NCBI GenBank assembly: GCA_913053665.1
Contig: CAJXGR010000001.1
Coordinates: forward strand, 1-35,385
Length of the DNA: 35,385 nucleotides
Reading direction: 5' to 3'
Source of the DNA: an uncultured Spirochaetia bacterium
GTDB taxonomy: Bacteria > Spirochaetota > UBA6919
Made by a program: the position numbers and the translations under genes. Below are positions 16,147-25,826 of this stretch, one piece after another; the first letter of the stretch is position 1, and every line of letters starts with the position of its first letter. The notes beneath the pieces are model-generated. The model saw only the letters and a program-made list of their open reading frames with translations, made no database searches and was not told the DNA's origin.

Positions 16147-17244
16147 ATGTACCGAATTATACGTATCATCCTAGTTTTACTTCTTTCATTTGTGTATCTA
16201 ACTAGTTGCAGTAAAGATAAAAAAGAAAGTCCAAAGAAATACCTGTCTGTTGAAAGTCGATCTGATAATACGACTAAGTCAAAGGATAAGCCGCTTATTG
16301 CCAAATCTGACAGCCTGAAGGAGACTATAAATAGTCCTAGTAATCCTATAAACCTTTACCAATTACCAGGTTGGTCAAAGAATGTTTTCTTTTTAAACTT
16401 CAAAACACTCCTCACAAATCCCATGTTCTCAAATGAGATCTCTTCAAACCGTCAATTTGCCTTCATGAAGGGAGCTTTACAAAAGTTTGGCATCCAGAAA
16501 CCTAGTGACATTGGAAAGGTATATCTATGTACGGCGGATATCAATCCTAATCAACTCAAGCGAAAAAAATATCCCGATTTAGCCCTCCTGGTCGAAGTGA
16601 ATTACGATGAGACAAAGTTAATACAAGGATTACAGGGCTATGCCATGAAAGATAAGGATCAATTGATTAAAGAAAAAAAAGAAGATTATACCATTATTTA
16701 TCCCAAAAAACACGCACAGCAATTTAAAGTCGCTCTCTTGAAGGGTAAAATTATTATCGCCACGTCATCAAAAATTGAGTCTCTCGTACAACAAGTCCTA
16801 AAAGGTGGGGAAGGTTCTGGCCTCTCAAAGAACAATCGACTTGAAACTGCAGTGAACTCATTGAAAGACAGTAATTTACTATGGGGCGTTATAAATATCA
16901 ATAGCAACATGAAAAAGCTCTTTAATAAAACTAAAAGGCCTAAAGGAAAGGCATTAACCTACTTTAAGCAATTGAAGGAAGTGATCAAGCAGCTAGAACT
17001 TGTCCAGCTATCTATTCATGTGGATAATAAGCTCAAATTGACCCTGTCTGGTGTCCACAAGGATGAAAAGTCGGCTAAACAACTGGTAGAACTCCTGAAG
17101 AAACTAAAAAAGGATTCTCCGGTTCATTACAACGAACAGATCAGCCAAAAAGGAAAGACAGCCGAAATCACTGTCTCTCTCACAAAAGAACAAATTGTTC
17201 AAGGTTACACGCAGTTTATTGGTGTTGGTTCGGGCAAAAGGTAA
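16147..17244 (+). CDS. lipoprotein of unknown function
   Basis: GGGGAG Shine-Dalgarno; MYRIIRIILVLLLSFVYLTSC lipobox; Lys-rich 365-aa ORF. Confidence 0.55.
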   Translation: MYRIIRIILVLLLSFVYLTSCSKDKKESPKKYLSVESRSDNTTKSKDKPLIAKSDSLKETINSPSNPINLYQLPGWSKNVFFLNFKTLLTNPMFSNEISSNRQFAFMKGALQKFGIQKPSDIGKVYLCTADINPNQLKRKKYPDLALLVEVNYDETKLIQGLQGYAMKDKDQLIKEKKEDYTIIYPKKHAQQFKVALLKGKIIIATSSKIESLVQQVLKGGEGSGLSKNNRLETAVNSLKDSNLLWGVININSNMKKLFNKTKRPKGKALTYFKQLKEVIKQLELVQLSIHVDNKLKLTLSGVHKDEKSAKQLVELLKKLKKDSPVHYNEQISQKGKTAEITVSLTKEQIVQGYTQFIGVGSGKR

Positions 17245-17312
17245 AGACAGTATCTATTATTGATGCCTTATCCAGTCTTTATTAAGAGAACTATTGGATC
17301 GTTCTCATGGAT

Positions 17313-18425
17313 TCAGTCAAGTAATGGGGCCATTTCTTTTACAAATGAACCATAACGATCCTCCAGGATGGCCTTACGAATATCGTCCATTAAAACCTTG
17401 ATAAAGTGTAAGTTATGCAATGTAGCCAGCTTAAGTCCCAAGAGTTCTCCCGTCTTGAATAAATGGCGTAAATAAGCCCTGGAAAAGGTCTTGCAGGTGT
17501 AACAGCTGCAAGCCTCTTCAATAGGCATAGAACTCAATTGGTTACTCTGATTTCTTAGAATGAGAGAGCCATTCCTTGTGAAGACCGTCGCGTTTCTGGC
17601 CACACGAGTGGGATACACGGAGTCAAACATGTCAATACCCATTTCCACACCGCGTATCAAGTCGGATGGTTTGCCCACACCCATGAGGTAGCGAGGTTTT
17701 TCTTCCGGCAAATAGTCTGTTGAAAAGTCAATGATCTCTCGGGTCAATGTTTTTTCCTCTCCCACACTCACTCCACCAATGGCATAACCCTTGAAGTTCA
17801 TCTCGACAAGACTTTCTATGCTCATCTTTCTCACATCAAAATAGAAATTGCCCTGAGTGATGGCAAACAGTGTTGATCCAGTCTGCCCAAGATGCTCTTC
17901 AAAATAGACTTTCGACTCACCGGCCCATTGAAGAGTGTGGTCATGAGCGGATATAGCTTCTTCTACGGTCACTTTAGGGGCTGTGCACACATCGATGGGC
18001 ATCATGATCTCTGATCCGATGATCCCCTGTATCTCAAGGACTTTTTGGGGAGTGAAGAGATGTTTTGATCCGTCTATATGGGATCTTAAGAGAACTCCTT
18101 CCTTTAGAATCTTTGTGAGTTTGGATAAACTGAATACTTGATAGCCCCCACTGTCTGTGAGGATGTTCCTGTCCCATCTGTTTAGATTATGAAGTCCGCC
18201 AAAGGCTTTTAGAACATCCAATCCAGGACGTAAGTAAAGATGATAGGTGTTAGACAGGATTAAATGATAGCCTAGATCTTTTACTTCGTGAGGAGTTAAG
18301 GTTTTAACCATTCCTAAAGTTCCAACGGGCATGAATACAGGGGTTTCTACTGGACCACGAGGCAATGTGAGGATAGCAGCCCGTTCTTTCCGGTGACTTC
18401 CTTTCTTTATCACTTCAAAGCGCAT
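17313..18425 (-). CDS. tgt: queuine tRNA-ribosyltransferase (tRNA-guanine transglycosylase)
   Basis: ETPVFMPVGT, LSNTYHL, TDSGGYQV, GYAIGG.SVGE and the zinc motif CSCYTC...H are all present. Confidence 0.95.
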   Translation of the reverse strand: MRFEVIKKGSHRKERAAILTLPRGPVETPVFMPVGTLGMVKTLTPHEVKDLGYHLILSNTYHLYLRPGLDVLKAFGGLHNLNRWDRNILTDSGGYQVFSLSKLTKILKEGVLLRSHIDGSKHLFTPQKVLEIQGIIGSEIMMPIDVCTAPKVTVEEAISAHDHTLQWAGESKVYFEEHLGQTGSTLFAITQGNFYFDVRKMSIESLVEMNFKGYAIGGVSVGEEKTLTREIIDFSTDYLPEEKPRYLMGVGKPSDLIRGVEMGIDMFDSVYPTRVARNATVFTRNGSLILRNQSNQLSSMPIEEACSCYTCKTFSRAYLRHLFKTGELLGLKLATLHNLHFIKVLMDDIRKAILEDRYGSFVKEMAPLLD

Positions 18426-18432
18426 AACAGAC

Positions 18433-21400
18433 TCATTGTTTTGTAAAAGTACGTTTGATCTTGGGATAACTGAAGGATGGTAAGTCCTTTAGGTGGATTA
18501 CAAAGTAAAGGGTGGGTTCAAAGTAATAAGGTCCGTTTCTAAACTGCCTTACGGTTAGATCCACTGTGAATTCCATTACCCAGTCATGGAGATCATGGCG
18601 AAGGGTAAATGTCATCTTTTCCAGATTGAATAAACTATTTTCGCGTTTCGATAAATCAAAAAAATTAAAGGAGTCCAAAAGATCCCCCAAAACCCCCCTG
18701 GAAGTTTCGCCGTATCGCTGGGCCAAGCCGGACGAATAGAGGTATAGCTGTTTGTTGGAGGAGGTCGCCCGGTATATAAAATTCCAGTCTTTACTAATGT
18801 TAAAATCAATACTAAAAGTTGATGCTATGTTACTCCCTCTGGGATTTTGAAAATCATGGAGCCAGGACACGCTCTGACTCAATGAACTAATGTATATAGG
18901 GCCAAAGAGATGGGTACGACCAATCAGTTTAAAGTTCAGATCCAGTTTATTGGAAATGTCTTTCCCCTCACGTCGGGATCGTGTAAAGCTGTTTGTAGCT
19001 GTGAGAAAATTAAGGGTTTTCGAGAGTATTGTGAAGACAAAATTCCCCTTTTGGCCCTTCAGAACAATATCTTTTGAAGTATTTCCCAATGCGATCTGTT
19101 CCTTGTCCGTTGCGCTGACACGTATATTATCAGTAAAACCCACTGAAAACTTGGTCTTAAAAAAGGTTAGATTCGCGTCAAATCCCATAGTTTCAGACCT
19201 ACCTGTTTCATTCTTAAAGACGAACCCTATTTTTCTAACATTGTCAAAGCGATCTGATTTAGAGTATCGAACACTCCCTCCAAGAATCAGTTCAAGATAT
19301 TTGTAGTCATCAAAAAAGTGAAGCTCTACATTACTGGACAGATTTGTACCCCAGCTCGCATAAGTTAGTTCTGAATCCGTATCCGACTGGATTGTGGTGG
19401 CATTTTTAGTTTCTTGATTCAGATTTTTTATGGTCTCATTCGTAGTGACTTTGAATACCAGAAAGCGATAAGTCAGTGAAAAAGGTGTTGATATGGTAAA
19501 GGTTTCGGTCGTATTAAATATATCAGAGGCTAAAGTATTGGTTAGAGACGTATTATAAGATTTTCGCTCGGAGAAGTCAAAAGACGCCGTATAGGTCAAG
19601 GGCAAACTGATCAGCACATGGTTTTTACGCTTCAGTTTGGGTGGAAGGTATTTATCTTCTCCCACAATGTCCTCAGCGGTCTGCTGATCTTTAGGGTTGA
19701 TGGCTGGTGTATAGGTCCCATTAGACTCAAACTCTTTTAGGAAAGTATCAATCTCTCTTGATTTTGCCTTATCTTCCTTCCTTTTTTGGGATTCTAATTT
19801 GGGTTTGTCTTTACCCAAAATCTGTATGAAATCACTATAAGCCACTCGGACCTGCGGGACAGTAAATACGCTTTTGTAATTCTTGTAAGAGCCGGTCTTA
19901 AAGGGATTGGTGGGAGGATTGGACGCATCGGTATTATCAAGCTGGAGCAAGTAATTAAAATCAGCTGAAAGAGTGACTGTTAGGCCTCCAATTTTATTGG
20001 CTAAACTCAATTTGATCTGCTGTCCCGTGATCGACCCAAAGCCCAGACTGGCTCCCTCTATATCTCGATAGGTGCGGTCTATACCAAATATCTTAAACAG
20101 GTCAAAATTGACCTTACGCCGTCTCTCAAACTGGGATTGAAAAAAAGGCTCCCCTTGATTCTTGAATAAGACCTTGAAAACACTATTAAATCCATTTGAA
20201 GTGAAAAGCCCAAAAGTCCCATCAAAGTTGATTCTCCAGCGGAAATTATTGCTTTCGGGATCAGCGATTCCATCCCGGTCTTGATCAAAATTATTGGTTA
20301 ATATTTTGCTCCCACCAATGTATTCCAGGGATCGATCCAGGGCAAGAGCTGAGTCAATCAGGATTTTATCCACCCCTTTTTTATAGAGGAACTCATAGCC
20401 GAAATAAAAGCCCATTCTTTGATAGTAGTCCGCCTTGAACTTCATTCCCAGCTTATGCTTTCTTATTGAAAACAGAGTCCCACCCTTTGGAATGGACTTG
20501 AGAGACTCTTCAGCTGTCTGTCCTGGTATGTACACAAGCGTGTTGTGAAGAAACCAGTCTATCCCTCTTTCAAAGCCAAATGCCGTTCGTATACCTGTCG
20601 TCACGCTTGATCGGAAGAAGAATGGAGTGTATAAAAGAGGTGTATTCCCTATCATATAGGTGACATCCTCTGCCCATATAAATTCATCCGTGTAAAACCA
20701 GGCTTTACCATAGTTTAGAGAATAATGAGGGTGTTTGATATTATCAGTCGTCATAATTCCATTATAAAAGATAAACTTTGAATCAGAGACCTGGTTCACT
20801 CGCTCTCCCGTAAGATAGAAGGGTCTAGCATAAGCGATTCCTTTGTGGATCAGTGATCGTTTGATTTGGGGGAAAAAGAAGATTTTCACCCCCACCACTC
20901 GATTTCCCTTTTTATCCGTAAGAAGAATATCACCTACCGCAATGGCTTCAATGGGGTCATCATTTTCGTCGATTTTTATGGTGACTGCATCAGCCCTTAA
21001 AGTTTTCCCATTGAACTTTAAGATCACCTTGCCAAATAAGAAAACCCTTCTAAAGCCTTTTTTATCTTTTTTAATTGAAGTAAAAACCCTTTGAGCCTTA
21101 TAAAACAAAAAACCTTTTTTGCTTTTACTGCTCACATCAGGGATTTCATCCCTTCGCCTTCCTGTTGGACTCCTTTTCCCTTTCTTGTCTGAGCTTGGAG
21201 GCAATTTCCCCTCGGATTTGCCTTTGGTAATGAGATTGAGATTTTCTATAAGTAGTTTGATCAGTTCTGATTTGTTTTTACCTTTAGTGGGGAGATTATA
21301 ATCTTTTAGGAATAATCTCAGTGATTTGACATTAAAAGCTTCTAATTCTTCTTCCAGAGCCTCATTATCACTTGTATTCTTTTTAATGGTCTTTTCAATC

Positions 21401-21498
21401 CGCTTTTTATCACCTCTTGCCTTGGAAAGGCTTTGAGAATAAGTATTTATCCCAATGATTAAAGGAATTAATATGAATAATAGAACCTTATTGATCAT
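18433..21498 (-). CDS. large outer-membrane protein, LptD/OstA-like, with N-terminal SAP/HeH-like motif
   Basis: Signal peptide MINKVLLFILIPLIIGINTYS. OstA-like beta-jellyroll segment (LRADAVTIKIDENDDPIEAIAVGDILLTDKKGNRVVG). About 750 aa of beta-strand-rich, Y/F/N/T-rich sequence follows. The LptD call is an inference. Confidence 0.45.
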   Translation of the reverse strand: MINKVLLFILIPLIIGINTYSQSLSKARGDKKRIEKTIKKNTSDNEALEEELEAFNVKSLRLFLKDYNLPTKGKNKSELIKLLIENLNLITKGKSEGKLPPSSDKKGKRSPTGRRRDEIPDVSSKSKKGFLFYKAQRVFTSIKKDKKGFRRVFLFGKVILKFNGKTLRADAVTIKIDENDDPIEAIAVGDILLTDKKGNRVVGVKIFFFPQIKRSLIHKGIAYARPFYLTGERVNQVSDSKFIFYNGIMTTDNIKHPHYSLNYGKAWFYTDEFIWAEDVTYMIGNTPLLYTPFFFRSSVTTGIRTAFGFERGIDWFLHNTLVYIPGQTAEESLKSIPKGGTLFSIRKHKLGMKFKADYYQRMGFYFGYEFLYKKGVDKILIDSALALDRSLEYIGGSKILTNNFDQDRDGIADPESNNFRWRINFDGTFGLFTSNGFNSVFKVLFKNQGEPFFQSQFERRRKVNFDLFKIFGIDRTYRDIEGASLGFGSITGQQIKLSLANKIGGLTVTLSADFNYLLQLDNTDASNPPTNPFKTGSYKNYKSVFTVPQVRVAYSDFIQILGKDKPKLESQKRKEDKAKSREIDTFLKEFESNGTYTPAINPKDQQTAEDIVGEDKYLPPKLKRKNHVLISLPLTYTASFDFSERKSYNTSLTNTLASDIFNTTETFTISTPFSLTYRFLVFKVTTNETIKNLNQETKNATTIQSDTDSELTYASWGTNLSSNVELHFFDDYKYLELILGGSVRYSKSDRFDNVRKIGFVFKNETGRSETMGFDANLTFFKTKFSVGFTDNIRVSATDKEQIALGNTSKDIVLKGQKGNFVFTILSKTLNFLTATNSFTRSRREGKDISNKLDLNFKLIGRTHLFGPIYISSLSQSVSWLHDFQNPRGSNIASTFSIDFNISKDWNFIYRATSSNKQLYLYSSGLAQRYGETSRGVLGDLLDSFNFFDLSKRENSLFNLEKMTFTLRHDLHDWVMEFTVDLTVRQFRNGPYYFEPTLYFVIHLKDLPSFSYPKIKRTFTKQ

Positions 21499-21541
21499 TT
21501 ACTAATTATTCCTATCAGCTGGGGAACTATAAACACTTAGG

Positions 21542-22984
21542 CTAAATACGGCAAAAAGAAAGACTTAAAACTTTTAAAGAGTTCATCTTATCTTTAGAAT
21601 CATGATCCTGGGTTTCGGTGATAATCACCAGATCCCTCTTATCATTCATTTCTCTATTTATTATAGAATTACAATAATCCATCCATTGTATTTCATCAGT
21701 CAAATCCTCCGGAATGACTTCTGGAAGCGTTCCCCAGGATAGTTGAACCTGTCTGGCGATCTTTTCCGAAGTGGCCAAGGCAATAATCGGACTGACAGGG
21801 TGATACTTGCTTAACAATCGAATAGCGTGCCCATTCTGGGTCCAGGCAATGATAGCCTTTGCATCCAGATTCCTGGCTATCTCACAAGCCCCCAGAGCAA
21901 TACTCTCTTCAACATCATTGATCTGTTCTATCTTTAGCCCATGACGTCTGCTGTAAAGGACTGGGAACGTACATTCTATCTCATTGGCAATGTCCACCAT
22001 CTTTTGGGCCGCCTCAGCAGGATATTTCCCTACAGCGGTCTCACCCGATAACATAACGGCATCGGTTCCGTCCAGTATAGCATTGGCCACGTCAGAGACT
22101 TCCGCTCGTGTAGGCCTCGCATTATGAATCATGGATTCGAGCATTTGGGTGGCTGTTATCACTGGTTTACCCGCAATATTACATAGACGGATCATCGATT
22201 TCTGAGTGAGAGGAACTTGTTCAGCCGCTATCTCAACCCCTAAATCCCCCCGTGCCACCATCAAACCATCTGCCTCATGAACGATGGCTTCAATGTTCTC
22301 CAGGGCTTCGCGACGCTCAATCTTTGCAATCACCGGTATGGACTTGGACTGCATGCGGATAAGTTCTTTTAATAACTGTATATCGCTGGGTTGCCGGACA
22401 AAGGATAAAGCAAAATAATCCACATCGTGTTCCATGGCAAATAGTGCATTCTTCTTGTCCTCTTCTGTCAGGGCTGGAGCAGAAATATTAACGTTCGGCA
22501 GGTTCATTCCTTTCTTAGACTTTAATGTACCACCATATATCACTTCACATTCTATGTCCCCCTTGTCCTCATCAATAGATTTAACCTGAAAGCTTAGTAA
22601 GCCATCATCAAGGAGGAAACGATCCCCAACATTCACATCCTGAGGGAGAAACGAATAAGTAGTACTCACTTCCTCACGATTTCCTAGAATCGGTCGTGTC
22701 GTAATTCTTAAGAAATCTCCAGCCATCAAATCGATAGATCCTCCTTCAATCTCGCCTATCCGGATTTTAGGCCCCTGAAGGTCTGCCAGAATGGCCACAT
22801 GCAGCTTTTTCCGTTTAGAAATCTCTCTAATACGCTGTATATGAGTTTGATGGCTGGATAGGTCACCGTGGGAAAAATTGAGGCGAAAGCAGTTGACCCC
22901 CACGTCCATCAGCTTTTCGATCATCTCGGCAGTCCCTGAAATCGGTCCTAAAGTGGCTATGATTTTCGTTCTACGTGTATGAAT
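21542..22984 (-). CDS. pyk: pyruvate kinase (start extended to a probable ATT codon)
   Basis: NFSHG, DLQGPKIR, AKIE..EA and MVARGDLGVE motifs. The conserved N-terminal RRTKIIATLGP lies in frame upstream of the tracked ATG 22924. It is preceded by AGGAG, 6 nt, then ATT. Confidence 0.9.
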   Translation of the reverse strand: MHTRRTKIIATLGPISGTAEMIEKLMDVGVNCFRLNFSHGDLSSHQTHIQRIREISKRKKLHVAILADLQGPKIRIGEIEGGSIDLMAGDFLRITTRPILGNREEVSTTYSFLPQDVNVGDRFLLDDGLLSFQVKSIDEDKGDIECEVIYGGTLKSKKGMNLPNVNISAPALTEEDKKNALFAMEHDVDYFALSFVRQPSDIQLLKELIRMQSKSIPVIAKIERREALENIEAIVHEADGLMVARGDLGVEIAAEQVPLTQKSMIRLCNIAGKPVITATQMLESMIHNARPTRAEVSDVANAILDGTDAVMLSGETAVGKYPAEAAQKMVDIANEIECTFPVLYSRRHGLKIEQINDVEESIALGACEIARNLDAKAIIAWTQNGHAIRLLSKYHPVSPIIALATSEKIARQVQLSWGTLPEVIPEDLTDEIQWMDYCNSIINREMNDKRDLVIITETQDHDSKDKMNSLKVLSLSFCRI

Positions 22985-24363
22985 CGTGATCTCCTGACTC
23001 GCATGAAATATTTGTTTACTGGGAAAAAAGATTCTATGAAAATCTTGATAGAACCCTTTCCCTCAATTTTATAGATTATCCCGCGAACATCCAACTTCTT
23101 AATGGTCTTTTTTTTATTAGTATCCAATTCATAAAAATCCTTCTCTTTCAGGTAGATGGAAACGTTACCAATTGTATTCGTATGAACAAGATAAGCAAAA
23201 TGATAAAATCTAACAGGCTTTTTCTTATTTTTGGACTTATAGTTTTTCAAGAATAACTCTAACCATCTAGAACGAGAGTTATTCAGGTCATCAGATTTTT
23301 TCCAACTGGTGATTTTCAGGTTTTTCAGATCGACATGTTTCTTCAAGTAACCTGGTAGCACTACATTTTTGGTGTATTCATCGTTTCGAGCCTGTTCCTT
23401 TTTAAAATACCTGATCAGAGCGACAATATCATCATTCTTGAAAGGGTCATTTTTATCATGACCTTTGTCCTCCAGGGATTTCTTTATGGATAGCTCTTTC
23501 TTGGCTTTGCTGTTCGTCTTAGGAACTTTTGGAAGCTTCTTATTGATTATCTGAATATACTCTTTAGCTTTTGCAATGTAAATACCCCTTGGATAGAGGC
23601 TAATCAGTTTCTCAAAGATGCGAAGGGCGTTTCGATAAGCCTTTTGCTCATATTTGGATTGGCCATCTTTGTAGAAACTTTCTTCAAGATGACGATCAGC
23701 TTTGTTCATCCACTGGAATTTAGGGAAATCATATCTTAGCACCAGAAATCCTTCTCTTGCCAGCCAGTATTCTTTCTTATTAAGATGATTTAAAGCTGAG
23801 TGATAAAGGCTTTTTGCCAAATAATCATTGCCTTTAGTTTCCAGTTCATCACTTAGATCAGATTGTTTTTGTAATAATCTCAAAGACTTAATGGCTTCAT
23901 GATAATCATTCTCATTAAAATCCCTCTCACCCAATAGAAAATAAGAACGATTCAATAAGTTCTGTGCCTTGTTTTTGTACGCTCCCTTTGAAAAGGAGGT
24001 TAGCAGATGATCCAGGTACTTGATAGCTTTTTTATAGTGTTTGGATCGATAATTCATGCGACCAGCATGGAATAATGAAGGCTCCAGACGTTGAATCGCC
24101 TCAGTACGAATATTCTTATTAGACCGATCTTTTTTATTGACTACTTTTTTATAGTACAGAACGGCTTTTTCATAGTTTTTACTTTGAAAGAAACGATCCC
24201 CATTGACTAGATCAGGATCAGGCGATTGGCAACGAAAAAAAAGCAAAAGAAAGAGTAACAAATACCCTTTAGAAGAGACAAGTTTGACAGGATAAAAAAA
24301 TCTTTGCATGAAATTCCAAATATAAGGAATAAACTTCATAAACCAGTGTTTATGAAAGTACAT
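22957..24363 (-). CDS. TPR-like (BamD-style) exported or membrane-anchored protein with basic C-terminal domain
   Basis: Hydrophobic segment GYLLLFLLLFFRC. Repeated YxKA/YKKA helical pairs (FFQSKNYEKAVLYYKKV, RSKHYKKAIKYLDHL, NDYHEAIKSL, YRNALRIFEKLI..). The start codon is uncertain because there is no well-spaced Shine-Dalgarno. Confidence 0.5.
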   Translation of the reverse strand: MYFHKHWFMKFIPYIWNFMQRFFYPVKLVSSKGYLLLFLLLFFRCQSPDPDLVNGDRFFQSKNYEKAVLYYKKVVNKKDRSNKNIRTEAIQRLEPSLFHAGRMNYRSKHYKKAIKYLDHLLTSFSKGAYKNKAQNLLNRSYFLLGERDFNENDYHEAIKSLRLLQKQSDLSDELETKGNDYLAKSLYHSALNHLNKKEYWLAREGFLVLRYDFPKFQWMNKADRHLEESFYKDGQSKYEQKAYRNALRIFEKLISLYPRGIYIAKAKEYIQIINKKLPKVPKTNSKAKKELSIKKSLEDKGHDKNDPFKNDDIVALIRYFKKEQARNDEYTKNVVLPGYLKKHVDLKNLKITSWKKSDDLNNSRSRWLELFLKNYKSKNKKKPVRFYHFAYLVHTNTIGNVSIYLKEKDFYELDTNKKKTIKKLDVRGIIYKIEGKGSIKIFIESFFPVNKYFMRVRRSRFIHVERKS

Positions 24364-24421
24364 CAGAAGAAGTTATGTCAACTTCTCCTTTAAACCATAA
24401 ATTTCTCCTTATATATTAGGC

Positions 24422-24452
24422 AGGCTGTGATGGAAACATCACGGCCTTTTTT
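24422..24452 (+). terminator. strong intrinsic-terminator-like hairpin oriented for the + strand
   Basis: GGCTGTGATG, GAAA loop, CATCACGGCC (10 bp with one G-T), followed by TTTTTT. No annotated + strand gene lies upstream. Confidence 0.5.
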
Positions 24453-24473
24453 ATCTTTAACATTAATTCACTT

Positions 24474-24502
24474 AGTATAAGCAAAAGCTATAAGAAATGC
24501 AA
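24474..24502 (-). promoter_or_regulatory. sigma70-like promoter candidate for the TPR-pyk-lptD-like-tgt unit
   Basis: Minus strand reads TTGCAT, a 17-nt spacer, then TATACT. It lies in the ftsZ-TPR intergenic region. Confidence 0.45.
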
Positions 24503-24552
24503 GTGTTTTTTTATAAAATCCAGGTTTTTGATAGACCGCAACCCTAAACTCT

Positions 24553-25722
24553 TTACTCAGCCTTCTTTCTTAGAAATGCCGGAATATCCAAATCGCTCTC
24601 ATCATATAAAACAGGAGCATTACTTTTCTTGGCTCTCTTGGCACTAAACTCCGACACCGTCGACCCTTCCCGTGATAAATATGTATTCTCATTATCCTGT
24701 TTGTTGTGAATATTTACAGGGCTCTGAAGAATATCTTTTTTAGGGTTTTTTTCAGACTTTTGGTCACTAAATCCTGTGGCAATGACGGTCACCCGAACCT
24801 CATCGTTTAACGAATTATCAATAATTGTCCCAAAGATGATATTGGCATTTTTATCGCTATTTGCTGTAATGAGAGTGGCAATTTCATCGTATTCGTGGAG
24901 GGAAAAGTCATTTCCACCCGTCACATTGACCAGTACTCCTTTAGCCCCTTCCATGGTAACTCCTTCCAGGAGTGGGTTAGAGATGGCTACACCTGCTGCT
25001 TCTACTGCCTTATGCTCACCTTTGCCCACACCAATACCCATTATAGCATTTCCAGCCTCCCTCATAATTGCTTTAACGTCCGCAAAGTCCACATTGACCA
25101 GTCCAGGGATCGTGATGATATCTGATATTCCCTGAACACCCTGGCGAAGCACGTCATCAGCCAATAGAAAAGCGTCTTTGAAAGAGGTTTTCTTATCCAC
25201 AAAGGATAAAAGATTCTGATTGGGAATAGTTATAAGAGTATCCACAATATTAACAAGTTGGTCAATCCCTTTTTCAGCCTTCTCCATACGCTGCTTCCCT
25301 TCAAAACGAAAGGGCTTGGTCACCACACCCACGACAAGGGCATCGGTCTCTTTGGCAATCTCAGCAATAATCGGAGCGGCTCCTGTTCCCGTACCTCCCC
25401 CCATACCCGTCGTAATGAAGATCATGTCTGATCCTTTCAAGGTCTCAGCAATGTTTTCGCGATCTTCTATAGCGGCCTTCTCCCCAACTTCCGGATTGGC
25501 CCCTGCTCCCAGCCCTCTTGTAAGCTTATTACCAATCTGAATCTTCTTAAGGGCCTTTGATAAGTTTAAAGCCTGAGCGTCTGTATTGGCAACAATAAAC
25601 TCTACGTTTTGTATATTGGAATTGATCATTCGATTCACAGCATTACACCCGCCGCCACCTATACCAATCACCTTTATGACCGTAGGATTTAGTTCATCAT
25701 TAAATATTTCGATACTCATCAT
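24553..25722 (-). CDS. ftsZ: cell division GTPase FtsZ
   Basis: [13 protein letters not shown], the tubulin signature [19 protein letters not shown], and the C-terminal peptide DIPAFLRKK. Confidence 0.97.
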   Translation of the reverse strand: MMSIEIFNDELNPTVIKVIGIGGGGCNAVNRMINSNIQNVEFIVANTDAQALNLSKALKKIQIGNKLTRGLGAGANPEVGEKAAIEDRENIAETLKGSDMIFITTGMGGGTGTGAAPIIAEIAKETDALVVGVVTKPFRFEGKQRMEKAEKGIDQLVNIVDTLITIPNQNLLSFVDKKTSFKDAFLLADDVLRQGVQGISDIITIPGLVNVDFADVKAIMREAGNAIMGIGVGKGEHKAVEAAGVAISNPLLEGVTMEGAKGVLVNVTGGNDFSLHEYDEIATLITANSDKNANIIFGTIIDNSLNDEVRVTVIATGFSDQKSEKNPKKDILQSPVNIHNKQDNENTYLSREGSTVSEFSAKRAKKSNAPVLYDESDLDIPAFLRKKAE

Positions 25723-25826
25723 ACCCTCCCAATCTGATTTTTATGAATGTTCTTATAAAATATCTCTTATGGATTATGACCTAACCATCAAGTACAAGAT
25801 AAAATCAATCCTGAGTTATTGCAAAA

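Noticed and set aside
18612-21301. Six short ORFs (60-138 aa) on either strand inside the 1021-aa LptD-like gene
   Set aside because: All are nested in the long ORF or antisense to it. None has a start context or recognisable motif. The long ORF has a signal peptide and consistent composition throughout.
25193-25201. Perfect DnaA box TTATCCACA
   Set aside because: It is isolated and lies inside the ftsZ coding sequence, so it is not an origin.
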